Assembly: GCA_963842525.1 (NCBI GenBank)
Contig: CAWJGT010000025.1
Coordinates: 160,001-224,000 of the forward strand
Length of the DNA: 64,000 nucleotides
From: an uncultured Holophagales bacterium
Lineage (GTDB): Bacteria > Acidobacteriota > Thermoanaerobaculia > Multivoradales > UBA5704
Direction of reading: 5' to 3'
Below the pieces are notes generated by a model. The model was not told the origin of the DNA, did not search any database, and was given only the letters and a program-made list of their open reading frames with translations. Every line of letters starts with the position of its first letter. Within the stretch, counting starts at the first letter, position 1. The position numbers and the translations under genes are program-made. Below are positions 41,336-50,478 of the stretch, in pieces.

Positions 41336-42079
41336 TACTAGATCTCAAATGGGCTTTGTTGGAGCTGCCTTTGGCGATCCAGGATGAAACAGCCTGCCGC
41401 TAGCCGCCGCCGCCCACTTTCACCTAGAACCGGAGCCCGCGGCGAGCTGGAGCATGGATGGTAGGCTGCCGATGTAGGCTACTGGCGGCCAGACGCGGGG
41501 CCCGACTGGCGAGCCCAGCGGCTTGGGCCACTCGCTGGCCGCGGTGGGCTGCTGGCGATCCAGGCGGCTCCAGTGCCGCTGCTAGGCCCTCTACGGCGTT
41601 TTCCCGGCCCGCGGCAGGGTCAGGATAGCCCAGGGGCCGAGGCTCAGAGGAGCTGTCAGACGGCTTGGCTTTGATCGGGCTGCTCGAGCACGATCGCGAA
41701 GCACGGGTGAGAGGCGAGGGAAGGCCCTCCGGCCGGCGATGAGGTAGACGCCTTGCTCACAGGATGCAAGGTCGAGGCAAGCCCACCCAAGCCAGCCAGG
41801 GGCATGCTCGGGAGGATCTCGGGGGTGCCTCCTTCAAGAGGCCTGGCTCCCCCGAGCGGCGCAACAGCCGGCGGGGTGCTCTTGGCCAGCCGTTCTGTTG
41901 ACACTTTGGTACCCCCAAGTGACCCGGGAACACTCGTGAAAAGTGAAGCCACTGAAAACAAACAACTTACACGCAGTGATCGGGTCTGGGGGGACGTGGT
42001 TGGAGCCGTTTTCGCGAGTCCATTGCGGCGCATAGCGGGGCAGAGAGTCGCGACCTTGCCGCTGAGACCTCAGCTACGT

Positions 42080-42134
42080 CCCCCCTCTCCCGGAGGCAGG
42101 GGGGGCGATGGGAGAGGGGGGACAGGGGGTGAGG
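42080..42134 (-). repeat. REP-like hairpin, inverted relative to the 11175 copy (right flank of island)
   Basis: Reverse complement CCTCACCCCCTGTCCCCCCTCTCCCATCGCCCC...CCGGGAGAGGGGG. Confidence 0.75.
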
Positions 42135-42136
42135 TC

Positions 42137-42964
42137 CTACTCCTTCGTGATTTCCAGCAGCTCGACGTCGAAGACGAGCAGGCCCTCGGGCATGTCGGGG
42201 GCGCCGCGGTAGGCGAGCTTCTTGGGAATCCAGAAGCGCCGCGTCTCGCCCTCGACCATGAGCGGGATCCCCTCGGTCCAGCCGGGGATCACCTTGCGCA
42301 GGCTGAAGACGGCCGGCGCTCCCTTGGCGAGCGAGGAGTCGAACATCTTCCCGTCGGTGGTCCAGCCGGTGTAGTGGACCCTGACCATGCTGTCCGCCCG
42401 CGGATTGCGGGTGCCGGTGCCGGGGGTGAGGACCTTGGAGGCCAGGCCGGACTTCGTGACCTGGGCGTCGGCCGGCGGCGCGGCCACGTCCGGCGGCGCC
42501 GGCGGGACGCGAAGGAGGTCCTGCAGCTCGACGTCGAAGACCAGCATCCCCTGGGGCCGGTCGGGCCGGCCTTCGTAGGCGAGCTTCGCCGGAATCCACA
42601 GGCGCCGCTTTTCGCCCTCCACCATGAGCTGCAGCCCCTCGCTCCAGCCGGCGATGACCTTGTCGAGAGGCAGGACCATGGGCTTGCCGCGCGCCACGGA
42701 CGAATCGAACATCTTGCCGTCGGTGGTCCAGCCGGTGTAGTGGACCTTGACGGAGTCACCCGCCTGCGGGTGATCGGTGCCGGTGCCGGGGGCGAGGACC
42801 TTGGAGGCCAGGCCGCTCGCCGTGGTCTGGGCGTCAGCCGGCGGCGCGGCCACGTCCGGCGGCGCCGGGATGGGCTCTCCGGCAGGGGTCTGGGCCGTGG
42901 CCAGGAAAGGAGCAGTCAGGGCGAGCAGAACGGCGAGGAGCGGGAGGCGGACGGCGTTCTTCAT
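42137..42964 (-). CDS. FKBP-type peptidyl-prolyl isomerase with two tandem domains
   Basis: Signal peptide; VHYTGWTTDGKMFDSS...VI.GW.EG..LMVEGE.RR.WIP..LAY...LVFDVEL, twice. Confidence 0.92.
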   Translation of the reverse strand: MKNAVRLPLLAVLLALTAPFLATAQTPAGEPIPAPPDVAAPPADAQTTASGLASKVLAPGTGTDHPQAGDSVKVHYTGWTTDGKMFDSSVARGKPMVLPLDKVIAGWSEGLQLMVEGEKRRLWIPAKLAYEGRPDRPQGMLVFDVELQDLLRVPPAPPDVAAPPADAQVTKSGLASKVLTPGTGTRNPRADSMVRVHYTGWTTDGKMFDSSLAKGAPAVFSLRKVIPGWTEGIPLMVEGETRRFWIPKKLAYRGAPDMPEGLLVFDVELLEITKE

Positions 42965-42985
42965 GGCGGCGGTACGCTACCATGT

Positions 42986-43151
42986 CCTCACCCCCTGGCC
43001 CCCTCTCCCGTCTCCCTTCCACCCCCCGCCGGGAGAGGGGGAACGCAACCGAATCCATCGTGCCCAGGATCGCCACCTCCGCATCATCTACGTTCCCCCT
43101 CTCCCGGGGATCGGGTGGGTGGGAGATGGGAGAGGGGGACAGGGGGTGAGG
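42986..43151. repeat. Inverted pair of REP-like hairpins (BIME-like)
   Basis: 42986-43046 (+) and 43091-43151 (-), same family as the 11175 copy. Confidence 0.75.
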
Positions 43152-43818
43152 TCGCCACATAGACCACATGCCGCGGGCCTCCCCGGCCGGGCCGGCGGCG
43201 CTCGACCCGGAAGCCGGCCTGGCGGAGACGCTTTTCGAAGGCCGCGTCGTGGTCCTCGGACCAGACGGTGAAGACGCCGCCGGGGCTCAGCGCCTCGCGG
43301 GTGCGGCGCAAGGCGTCCGGGCTGTAGAAGGGGTCATCCCGGGCCTGCGTGGCCTCGCGAGGCCCCTCGTACAGGTCCAGGATGATCGCATCGAAGTGTC
43401 CGCTTTCCCCCGTGCCGGCGGCCTCGGCGATCCGCTCCGCGGCATCCCCCAGCTCGATCGTGACCCGCGGATCGGCCACGGCCCCGCCGGTGAGCCCGGC
43501 CAGGGGGCCGCGGCACCAGCGGACGATCGCGGGATTGATCTCGGCGACCAGCACCCGGGCTCCGCGCGGAAGCCGGTCGAGGGCGGCGCGCAGTGTGTAG
43601 CCCATCCCCAGGCCGCCGATCAGCACCCGCGGCCTTGGCCGTCCGGCGATCCGCTGGCAGGCGATCTCCGCCACCGCGGCCTCGGAGAGGTGGGCCGCGC
43701 TGTTCATCAGCACCCGCCCGCCGACCGTGATGACGAAGTCCGACTCCCCGCGCTGCCGCAGCTCCAGCCGCCCCTCGTCCGTGTCCACGGCGTCGACGGT
43801 CTGCCAGGGACGGGTCAT
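43084..43818 (-). CDS. Spermidine-synthase-like SAM-dependent methyltransferase
   Basis: GRVLMNS, RVLIGGLGMGYTLRAAL, VAEINP, FDAIILDL, PGGVFTVWS. Confidence 0.8.
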   Translation of the reverse strand: MTRPWQTVDAVDTDEGRLELRQRGESDFVITVGGRVLMNSAAHLSEAAVAEIACQRIAGRPRPRVLIGGLGMGYTLRAALDRLPRGARVLVAEINPAIVRWCRGPLAGLTGGAVADPRVTIELGDAAERIAEAAGTGESGHFDAIILDLYEGPREATQARDDPFYSPDALRRTREALSPGGVFTVWSEDHDAAFEKRLRQAGFRVERRRPGRGGPRHVVYVATSPPVPLSHLPPTRSPGEGERR

Positions 43819-45695
43819 CGGCCCAGCAGCTCCAGTCTCTGCCGGGCCGCCGCCATCCCGGGATCGAGCTCCAGGCAGTGGATGTAGGTCTGGCGGGCCT
43901 CCGGGAGACGGCCCATCCGCTCGAAGGTGACGGCCAGGTTGTAGCAGGTGACCGCGGACTGGGGCTGGCGGCGCAGGGCTTCGGCCAGAAGGCGGGCGGC
44001 CCCGGCAAGGTCGCCACGCCGGGCGAGGAGGGTGGCGGCCCGGGTGTAGACCGCCACACGCGCCGGGTCCTCCTCCAGGGTCGCGAGGTAGTGCTGGAGG
44101 GCCTCGTCGGTCCGGCCCCGTTCCTCGAGGAGCACGGCCAGACCCTGGTGGGCGTCGACGAGCCGCGGAGCGAGGTCGAGCGCCGTCCGGAGCTGGGAGA
44201 CAGCCTCGTCCTTCCGTCCGAGATCCACCAGCGCGGAGGCCAGCGACACGCGGTAGCGGGCCTCCTTCGGCCGGATCGCCACGGCCTGCCGGAGGTGACG
44301 GACGGCCTCCTGGGGCCTCCTCCATTTGCGCAGGTTGGTCCCCAGTCCGGCGTGCGCCTCGGTCAGCTTTGGACGGAGCCGCAGCGCCTCGCGGAAATGC
44401 CTCTCCGCCGCCTCGCGGTCGTCTCGCCGCGCCAGCTCGGATGCGAGGTTCAGGTGCGCGAGGTAGTTGTCCTCGGTCACCGCGATCGCATGGCCGAACA
44501 GGGTCACGCCGTCCTTCCAGGTTGCGGCCTGGGCGCGCGTGAGGATCCCCAGGATCGCCACGACGACGACCGCCAGCGTCGAGGCCGCCGCGCGAACCGG
44601 TCGCGCCTTCTGGCTGCGGACCAACTCGGCGATTCCCCAGACCACGGCCAGGCAGAGGCCGATCGAGGGGAGGTAGGTGTAGCGGTCGGCCATGGCTTGG
44701 CGGCCCACCTGCACCAGACCGATCACCGGCACGAGCATGCCCGCGAACCAGAGCCAGCCGACCGCCAGCCAGGGCGCCCGCTGAAGGCGCGCCAGGGCCA
44801 GCGCGGTCAGGGCGGCGAGCAGGACCGCCGCCGCCACCGGCTGCCAGAGCGGGACGGAGACCCGGAAGGGATAGAAGACCGCCAGGTGGCTCGGCCAGAA
44901 AGTCTGCCCGAGATAGGCCGCGTACGAGACCAGCGCGTTCGCCACCCGCTGCCGCATGGATACGGCCTCGAGCGAGGCAATCGGCCCCTGCTGGACATAG
45001 ACCGTAATCGCGCTCGCGGCCGCCGCGAGGACGAAGAAGGGAATCTTTTCGCGGAGGAGAGGCCACAGCCCGCGGGGGGAGAGATCGTTCAACGGGAGCC
45101 GCCTCAGGGGCCAGACGTCGAGCAGGACGAGGACGCAAGGCAGGGTGACCAGCATCGGCTTCGAAAGCAGCCCGAGGGCGAGAGTCAGGGCGGCGAGCAG
45201 ATACCTGCCGAGGGTCCGTTTCCGGGCGTAGCCGTGCCAGGCCCAGAGCGTGAGCAGGAAGAAGAGGCCGCTCAGGACGTCCTTGCGCTCGGAGACCCAG
45301 GCCACGGACTCGACATGGGTGGGGTGGACCGCGAAGAGGGCCGCCACCAGGGCGCTGCGCCAGACCGCGCCGGTCATCCGCCGCAGCACCGCGAAGAGGA
45401 GCCAGACATTGACGAGGTGGAGCAGCAGGTTCGTCAGGTGGTGGCCCTTGGGATTGAGGCCGTAGAGCTCGACGTCCAGCATGTGGCTGAGCACGGTGAG
45501 CGGGTGCCAGTTGGCCGCCACGCTGGCCTGCCAGGCCCAGAGGAATTCCTCCGCGTCGAGCCCCTGCTGCACGTGGCGGTTGGACGTCACATAGAGGTTG
45601 TCGTCGTAGTTGACGAAGCCGCTGTCGAGCACCGGCAGGTAGACGGCCAGGGTGAGGAGGCAGAGGGCCAGGCCGATCAGGAACGGCCGGGGCAT
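43815..45695 (-). CDS. TMTC-like GT-C membrane protein with C-terminal TPRs
   Basis: FVNYDDNLYV, NWHPLT, FAVHPTHVESVAWVSERKDVL, SKPMLVTLP, ADRYTYLP, then TPRs. Confidence 0.85.
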   Translation of the reverse strand: MPRPFLIGLALCLLTLAVYLPVLDSGFVNYDDNLYVTSNRHVQQGLDAEEFLWAWQASVAANWHPLTVLSHMLDVELYGLNPKGHHLTNLLLHLVNVWLLFAVLRRMTGAVWRSALVAALFAVHPTHVESVAWVSERKDVLSGLFFLLTLWAWHGYARKRTLGRYLLAALTLALGLLSKPMLVTLPCVLVLLDVWPLRRLPLNDLSPRGLWPLLREKIPFFVLAAAASAITVYVQQGPIASLEAVSMRQRVANALVSYAAYLGQTFWPSHLAVFYPFRVSVPLWQPVAAAVLLAALTALALARLQRAPWLAVGWLWFAGMLVPVIGLVQVGRQAMADRYTYLPSIGLCLAVVWGIAELVRSQKARPVRAAASTLAVVVVAILGILTRAQAATWKDGVTLFGHAIAVTEDNYLAHLNLASELARRDDREAAERHFREALRLRPKLTEAHAGLGTNLRKWRRPQEAVRHLRQAVAIRPKEARYRVSLASALVDLGRKDEAVSQLRTALDLAPRLVDAHQGLAVLLEERGRTDEALQHYLATLEEDPARVAVYTRAATLLARRGDLAGAARLLAEALRRQPQSAVTCYNLAVTFERMGRLPEARQTYIHCLELDPGMAAARQRLELLGR

Positions 45696-45758
45696 GGGCG
45701 AGGAAGAAGGCGGGAGCCTCCATCGGATTCGGGGGACAGGCGGCGGCAGGACTGGGGA

Positions 45759-46091
45759 CTAGGTGGTGGGGAGGTCCTCTCCCTCCGTCTCGATCTCCGG
45801 GTGCTCGTCGAGATACTGCTCCGCCTGGGCGCGGTGCTCCGGGTTGAGCGAGGCCAGGTAGAGGACGGCCTGGAAGGGATCGGTCACCTCGTCCTCCCCG
45901 AGCCGCTCGAGCACCGCGGTCACGAACCCCCGGGCCACGGTGCTGGCCTTCTCGGGCGGCAGGCCCTCGCCGAGCGGCAGGGATGCGTCGGCGAGCAGGT
46001 CGCTCCGCCGGCGCCAGTCGAGCACCGCCAGCCGGCCGACCCAGGCGTCGACGGTCTTCTTCATATCGTCGTTGAGCTTCTCGTAGAGCAT
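45759..46091 (-). CDS. Hypothetical protein
   Basis: GAGG RBS; host-like codon usage; follows the upstream gene closely. Confidence 0.6.
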   Translation of the reverse strand: MLYEKLNDDMKKTVDAWVGRLAVLDWRRRSDLLADASLPLGEGLPPEKASTVARGFVTAVLERLGEDEVTDPFQAVLYLASLNPEHRAQAEQYLDEHPEIETEGEDLPTT

Positions 46092-46098
46092 CGTGGCC

Positions 46099-47241
46099 TC
46101 AGCCGAAGAGACTGTCCAGCTCCTCGTTGTCGGGCTCGGAGCCGGCCTGCGGGGAACGGCCCCTCTCCTCCGCGCTCCGCTTGAGGAGGAGGGCGCGGCG
46201 CTTCTCGACCGCCTCCAGCCAGAGGGGGACGAAGGCGACGAGGTCCTGGAGGAGCTTGTCCACGTCGGCCAGAAGTGCGGCGGCCCGGCGGCTCAACACG
46301 CCATGGACGGCGAGCAGGTCGCGCACGTTCTGCTCCCGGTCCGGGCGCGACCCGGACGGCGCGGACTTCATGCTGTCGATCGTGTCGCTGCCGGTCTCGT
46401 GCAGCTCGAGGACCAGCCGGCAGCGGGTGGGGATCTCGGTGGCGTAGCGGTCGAGCAGCTCCATCTCGTAGAAGCGGACGCCGCGCAGGGGGAGGACCTC
46501 CTTGAGCTTCGGAGCCAGCCCGTTGAGGAGGATCTCCAGGAAGTACTTGCTGCCGCGCCAGGCCTGGCGGGAGGGGAGGGTCTCCTCGTGCCGCATCTGC
46601 TCGGCCGGCTGGGTCAGGTGCTGGGGCCGCACGAGGTCCAGCTTGTCCAGGTAGTCGCGCAGGCGGACCAGGGTGGCGTGCAGCCACTCGGCCTCCTCGA
46701 TGTCCTTGGGGAAGCGCCGCGACAGGAAATAGTCCTTGTCATGCGAGCTGCGCGGGTCCCGGGCCATCAGCTCGCCGAAGGTCTCCTGGAGGAAGGCGTG
46801 AAGCTGGCCGATGGTCACGCAGAGCAGCTTGCGGACCTCCAGGAGCTGCTCCGGGGGGACCTTCTCGGGGAAGCGGTCGATCTCGCGCAGCACGTGGCGC
46901 TCGAGCATCTCGGCGGCCGATTGGGCATGCTGGCGGGCCTCTTCCAGCCCGGGGATGCGCGATGGGACCGCGACCAGAGGCGCAATGCGGTCGCGGATCA
47001 GCTCCGCGATCTGCCGCACCTTCCCCCAGATATCAAGCACCCGCTCGGGCGAGCAGTGGAGGATGGCGTAGTTGCTCTCCAGGATGCCGTCGAGCAGCCG
47101 GATACAGCCCAGGAACGCGCGGACGCGTGGGTTCTGGTAGTTGATCCGCTCCAGCGCCCATTCGACCGCCGTCACTCCCTCGGGCAGAACGACCTGATGG
47201 CCGCTGACCTGGATCACCTGCTTGGGCTTCGGCGCGCTCAT
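46099..47241 (-). CDS. Hypothetical helical protein
   Basis: Long ORF with host-like codon usage; probable start MSAPKPKQ. Confidence 0.7.
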   Translation of the reverse strand: MSAPKPKQVIQVSGHQVVLPEGVTAVEWALERINYQNPRVRAFLGCIRLLDGILESNYAILHCSPERVLDIWGKVRQIAELIRDRIAPLVAVPSRIPGLEEARQHAQSAAEMLERHVLREIDRFPEKVPPEQLLEVRKLLCVTIGQLHAFLQETFGELMARDPRSSHDKDYFLSRRFPKDIEEAEWLHATLVRLRDYLDKLDLVRPQHLTQPAEQMRHEETLPSRQAWRGSKYFLEILLNGLAPKLKEVLPLRGVRFYEMELLDRYATEIPTRCRLVLELHETGSDTIDSMKSAPSGSRPDREQNVRDLLAVHGVLSRRAAALLADVDKLLQDLVAFVPLWLEAVEKRRALLLKRSAEERGRSPQAGSEPDNEELDSLFG

Positions 47242-47288
47242 GGGACTGGCGTCTAGGTTAACCCATTCGGGCCTGAGGTGAGCCAAAA

Positions 47289-47738
47289 CTAGCGCCAGCG
47301 TCTGGACGGCCGATCCAAAAACTCCGAGAGGGTAACCAGGGTATGGCCTCCGGTCGCCATGGAGAGTCTCGCCATGAACGGCTCTGTATGCTCCACGATG
47401 GTTCGGCGAATCCACCGCAACTTTCGGACGAAGAGCTCGGCGCGCTCCCGATTGGTGCCCTTGCCCACCAGGATGAAGACCTTCACCCCATGGACCATCA
47501 AGGCGATCTGCTCCTCAGGAGCATCCCTGAGGTGATCCTTTGTGATCGCGATCCAACCCTTTTCTCCTACAAAGGGAAGCCATTCCACATCAGGTGTTGC
47601 AGGTGGAAAATGATCGTGAAGCTCTTCGACCCGGAGGCCGGCCAATCTCAGATGTGCAGCGAAGAGGCCTCGGAGATTCTCATCGACAAAAAACGTCGGT
47701 TCATGCTGCCGCGCGTTCGTAGAAGATGGCGGCTTCAA
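47289..47738 (-). CDS. VapC45-like PIN toxin
   Basis: TFFVDENL...DHF...DVEWL..VG..GWIAITKD; TTG start inferred. Confidence 0.75.
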   Translation of the reverse strand: MKPPSSTNARQHEPTFFVDENLRGLFAAHLRLAGLRVEELHDHFPPATPDVEWLPFVGEKGWIAITKDHLRDAPEEQIALMVHGVKVFILVGKGTNRERAELFVRKLRWIRRTIVEHTEPFMARLSMATGGHTLVTLSEFLDRPSRRWR

Positions 47739-48423
47739 TTTCGTAGGGTTCCAGTCCGTAGTCCTGCGCCACGTCTTCTGGCAGCTCGCCGGCATCGATC
47801 CTGCCGACAACTGCCGAAGTACGAATACCTCTCGAGACGAGGATCGGCCGGCCGAACGAGATGGCGGGATCGATCATGATCAGCTTCGGTGCAAGTTTCA
47901 GTGCATCAATGTCGTAGGAGCCCGTGGGGAACATCCTCGTAGGAAGCCCGAAAGGATTCCTGTTCACCCGTTCGAGCACAGCTCTGAGCAGCTCTTTCGT
48001 AGCAAGTTGACCGGAAAGATTGAGATTGATGAGCTGGCCGAACCTTTCCAGGAACACATTCCCGGGCATCGCCTGCAGCTCCCTGCTCAGAAGCAGACGC
48101 GAGATGCCGAACTCTTTCTCGGCATAATCGAGCGCCTGCCGAACTGCAGCCATCTTGACACCATGGTCGACCCGCAGAGCCCGCAGTACCCACGCCTCGA
48201 TCAGATTATTGAACGACAGAAGCTGTCCGGTCTTGATGAGAGGCGGCCAACGCTCTATCCCTCCTCCCTTTGGGTAGCTCCGTCCCCGGACCCAAGAGCG
48301 CAGCGTCGAAGGCGAGATGTGCAGATAGTGAGATGCCCGCGCGACCGAATAGCGCGGCTTTTCCTCTGGAGTCAGGTCCCCATAGAGGAGTCGAAACGAT
48401 TCCGAGCGGTTGATCACAGGCAC
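47701..48423 (-). CDS. VapB45-like antitoxin (HTH + DUF433)
   Basis: PRYSV..ASHYL..SPSTLRSW, LSFNNLIEA, IDPAISFGRP...GELPEDVAQDYGL. Confidence 0.85.
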   Translation of the reverse strand: MPVINRSESFRLLYGDLTPEEKPRYSVARASHYLHISPSTLRSWVRGRSYPKGGGIERWPPLIKTGQLLSFNNLIEAWVLRALRVDHGVKMAAVRQALDYAEKEFGISRLLLSRELQAMPGNVFLERFGQLINLNLSGQLATKELLRAVLERVNRNPFGLPTRMFPTGSYDIDALKLAPKLIMIDPAISFGRPILVSRGIRTSAVVGRIDAGELPEDVAQDYGLEPYEIEAAIFYERAAA

Positions 48424-48550
48424 CCCAAGCGATAATTTACGCCCGTATTACGTCCCTGTCAATACGCCGACGCATTTCCGCATGTCCACTTCGGCTCGCA
48501 GCGGTGCTATCATCACCTCATCGTCACGCCCTTCCCTTCCCGCCAGCCGC

Positions 48551-50478
48551 ATGGGCTCGAGTGGGTCTTCTGCCAGGACCGTTCGGAGAGTGATCGCACG
48601 CGCCCGGCCGAGGAGCTGGCCGCCGCCCTACGCGAAGACCGGCCGATCCGGCTCGACGGCGCCGTCGTCGATGGCGAGATCCGGCTCGACGGCATCGCCT
48701 ATTCGCACCGGCTGGTCGTCCACAACACCGTCTTCACCGGCCCGGTCCATCTGACCGAGGGGCGGTTCGCCCATACGGTCGACCTCTCGGGGTGCGAATT
48801 CCGCGAGGGGATCAACCTGTTCGACACACGGATCGACGGCCAGCTCAAGCTGCCGCGGGCGGTTATCCGCAAGGGAGAGCGCCGGCCGGTCGTCCACAAC
48901 TTCGACCAGATCGAGGTCCGAGGGCGGCTCGACGGCACGCAGCTCACCTCCGAGATTCGCCTCTCCTTCCGCCAGGCCCGGCTCGGCGAGGTCGGGTTCG
49001 ATGGCGTCCGGGTGGACGGCGACCTCGAATTCCAACTCGCCGCGATCGACGGCGACTTCTTCTGCCATCCGACCCAGGGGCCGCGACGGCAGCGGCCGGA
49101 GATCCGCGGCGACCTCTTTCTGACCGGCGCCCGGGTCGGCGGCCAGATCAGCCTGCGGGGCGCCCGCATCGGCAGCGGGGATGGCGGAGGCGGCCTCCAG
49201 CTCGTCAACGCCCAAGTCCGCGAGGACCTGCGCTGCGCGCGGGATGGCGACTTCCGGCTGGAGAACTTCGGGCCGGTGTCGCTCGCCGGCGCCAAGGTGG
49301 GCGGCCTGGTGCACTTCGGCGGCGCCCGGCTCGGCACGGAGGCGTCCGGGGACCGGGAGACCTGCCGCAACGCGGTCTGGCTCCAGGGGGCCGAGATCGG
49401 GCGCGGCCTCCATTTCTGCCCCGAAGGTGACCTCCCGACCGAGGTCTTCGGCCACATCTTCGGGGTGTCCGCCCACATCTCCCACCAGCTCCTCTTCGAC
49501 CGTGCCCGCATCCACGGCGACCTGAACCTGCAACGGGCGGTGGTCAACGGCCGCCTCCTCTGCGCCTTCGACGAGGACTACTACCGCATGAACCCGGGCG
49601 CCCCGGGCCGCGACTTCGCTGGGCGGCTGCTCGTGGACGGGAACGTGATCCTGACCGGCGCCCAGGTGCAGGAGCTGGTGGTGGACGGCCGGCTGTTCGA
49701 CGTGGCCGACGCGGCGCCGCCCTGCCCCTCCACCCACCGGGCCGAGCGCCGGACCTTCTTCCGGCGGATGATCACCGGCGGGCTCGAGTCGGCCGAGGAC
49801 GACAGCCGTCTCAAGCTCGACCGGGCGCGCCTCTCGAAGCTCCAGTTCGTCGAGCGGCTCCCTGATCGGATCGGCGCCGACGGCATGACGTTCGACGACC
49901 TGCAGCTCCCGGGCGGGAGCTGCAAATACAGCGAGCTGCTGCGCCGCACGCGGCCGTTCAAGCGCAGCACCTACCTGGCGGTCGAGGCCTGGCTACGCAA
50001 CAAGGGCTTCGAGAAAGAGGCGGCGCGGGTCTACATCGACATGAGCGACCGCGACCTGAACGCCGGCGAATCGGCCCGGCTCGGCCGCTGGCTCCGGTGG
50101 CTGGCCCTGGGGGTGACGATCGGCTACGGCGTCCGGCCGCGCCGGCTGCTCTGGCTGTTCCTTCTCTCGCTCGCCCTGTCGCTCTGGATCTTTTCGCAGC
50201 CGGACGCGCTGGTCAGCTATTCCGAACGGACGGCCCTGGCACCCGACTCCCTGCCAGCCCAGGCGCAGAGCGCCTGGGTGACTCTGGGGGCGGCCCTGCG
50301 CTGCCACTTCCCCATGCTCTTCTTCGTGGGAGACCCGAACTTCGTCCCCTCGCCGCACCCGATCGCCGGCCTCTCGCTCACCTACGCCGGCTACGCCCTG
50401 CTTGTCTCCACCCTGAGCTGGGTCCTGGTGCCGCTCTTCCTCGCCGGCATCACCGGGATCGTGCGCCAGCGGCAGTAG
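48551..50478 (+). CDS. Beta-solenoid (pentapeptide-like) protein with C-terminal membrane segments; probable frameshift at ~48600
   Basis: The 49012 frame extends upstream (AEELAAALREDRPIRLDGAVVDG...); repeated L.GA.IGG.L motifs; TIGYGVRP.R. Confidence 0.65.

Larger units (their letters stand above)
11230..42070. mobile_element. Integrative genomic island (~31 kb); boundaries approximate
   Basis: Integrase + AlpA + rep-like gene at the left end; excisionase-HTH near the right end; GTGACCCGGG at 11345 and 41919; lower-GC cargo; housekeeping genes on both sides. Confidence 0.75.

Noticed and set aside
41980-42010. tRNA-Pro gene or att core
   Set aside because: Only a short anticodon-arm-like word; no T-arm or acceptor stem, and no matching copy at the left end.
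11230-42070. Prophage or self-transmissible ICE
   Set aside because: No capsid, terminase, tail, relaxase or T4SS genes were recognised.
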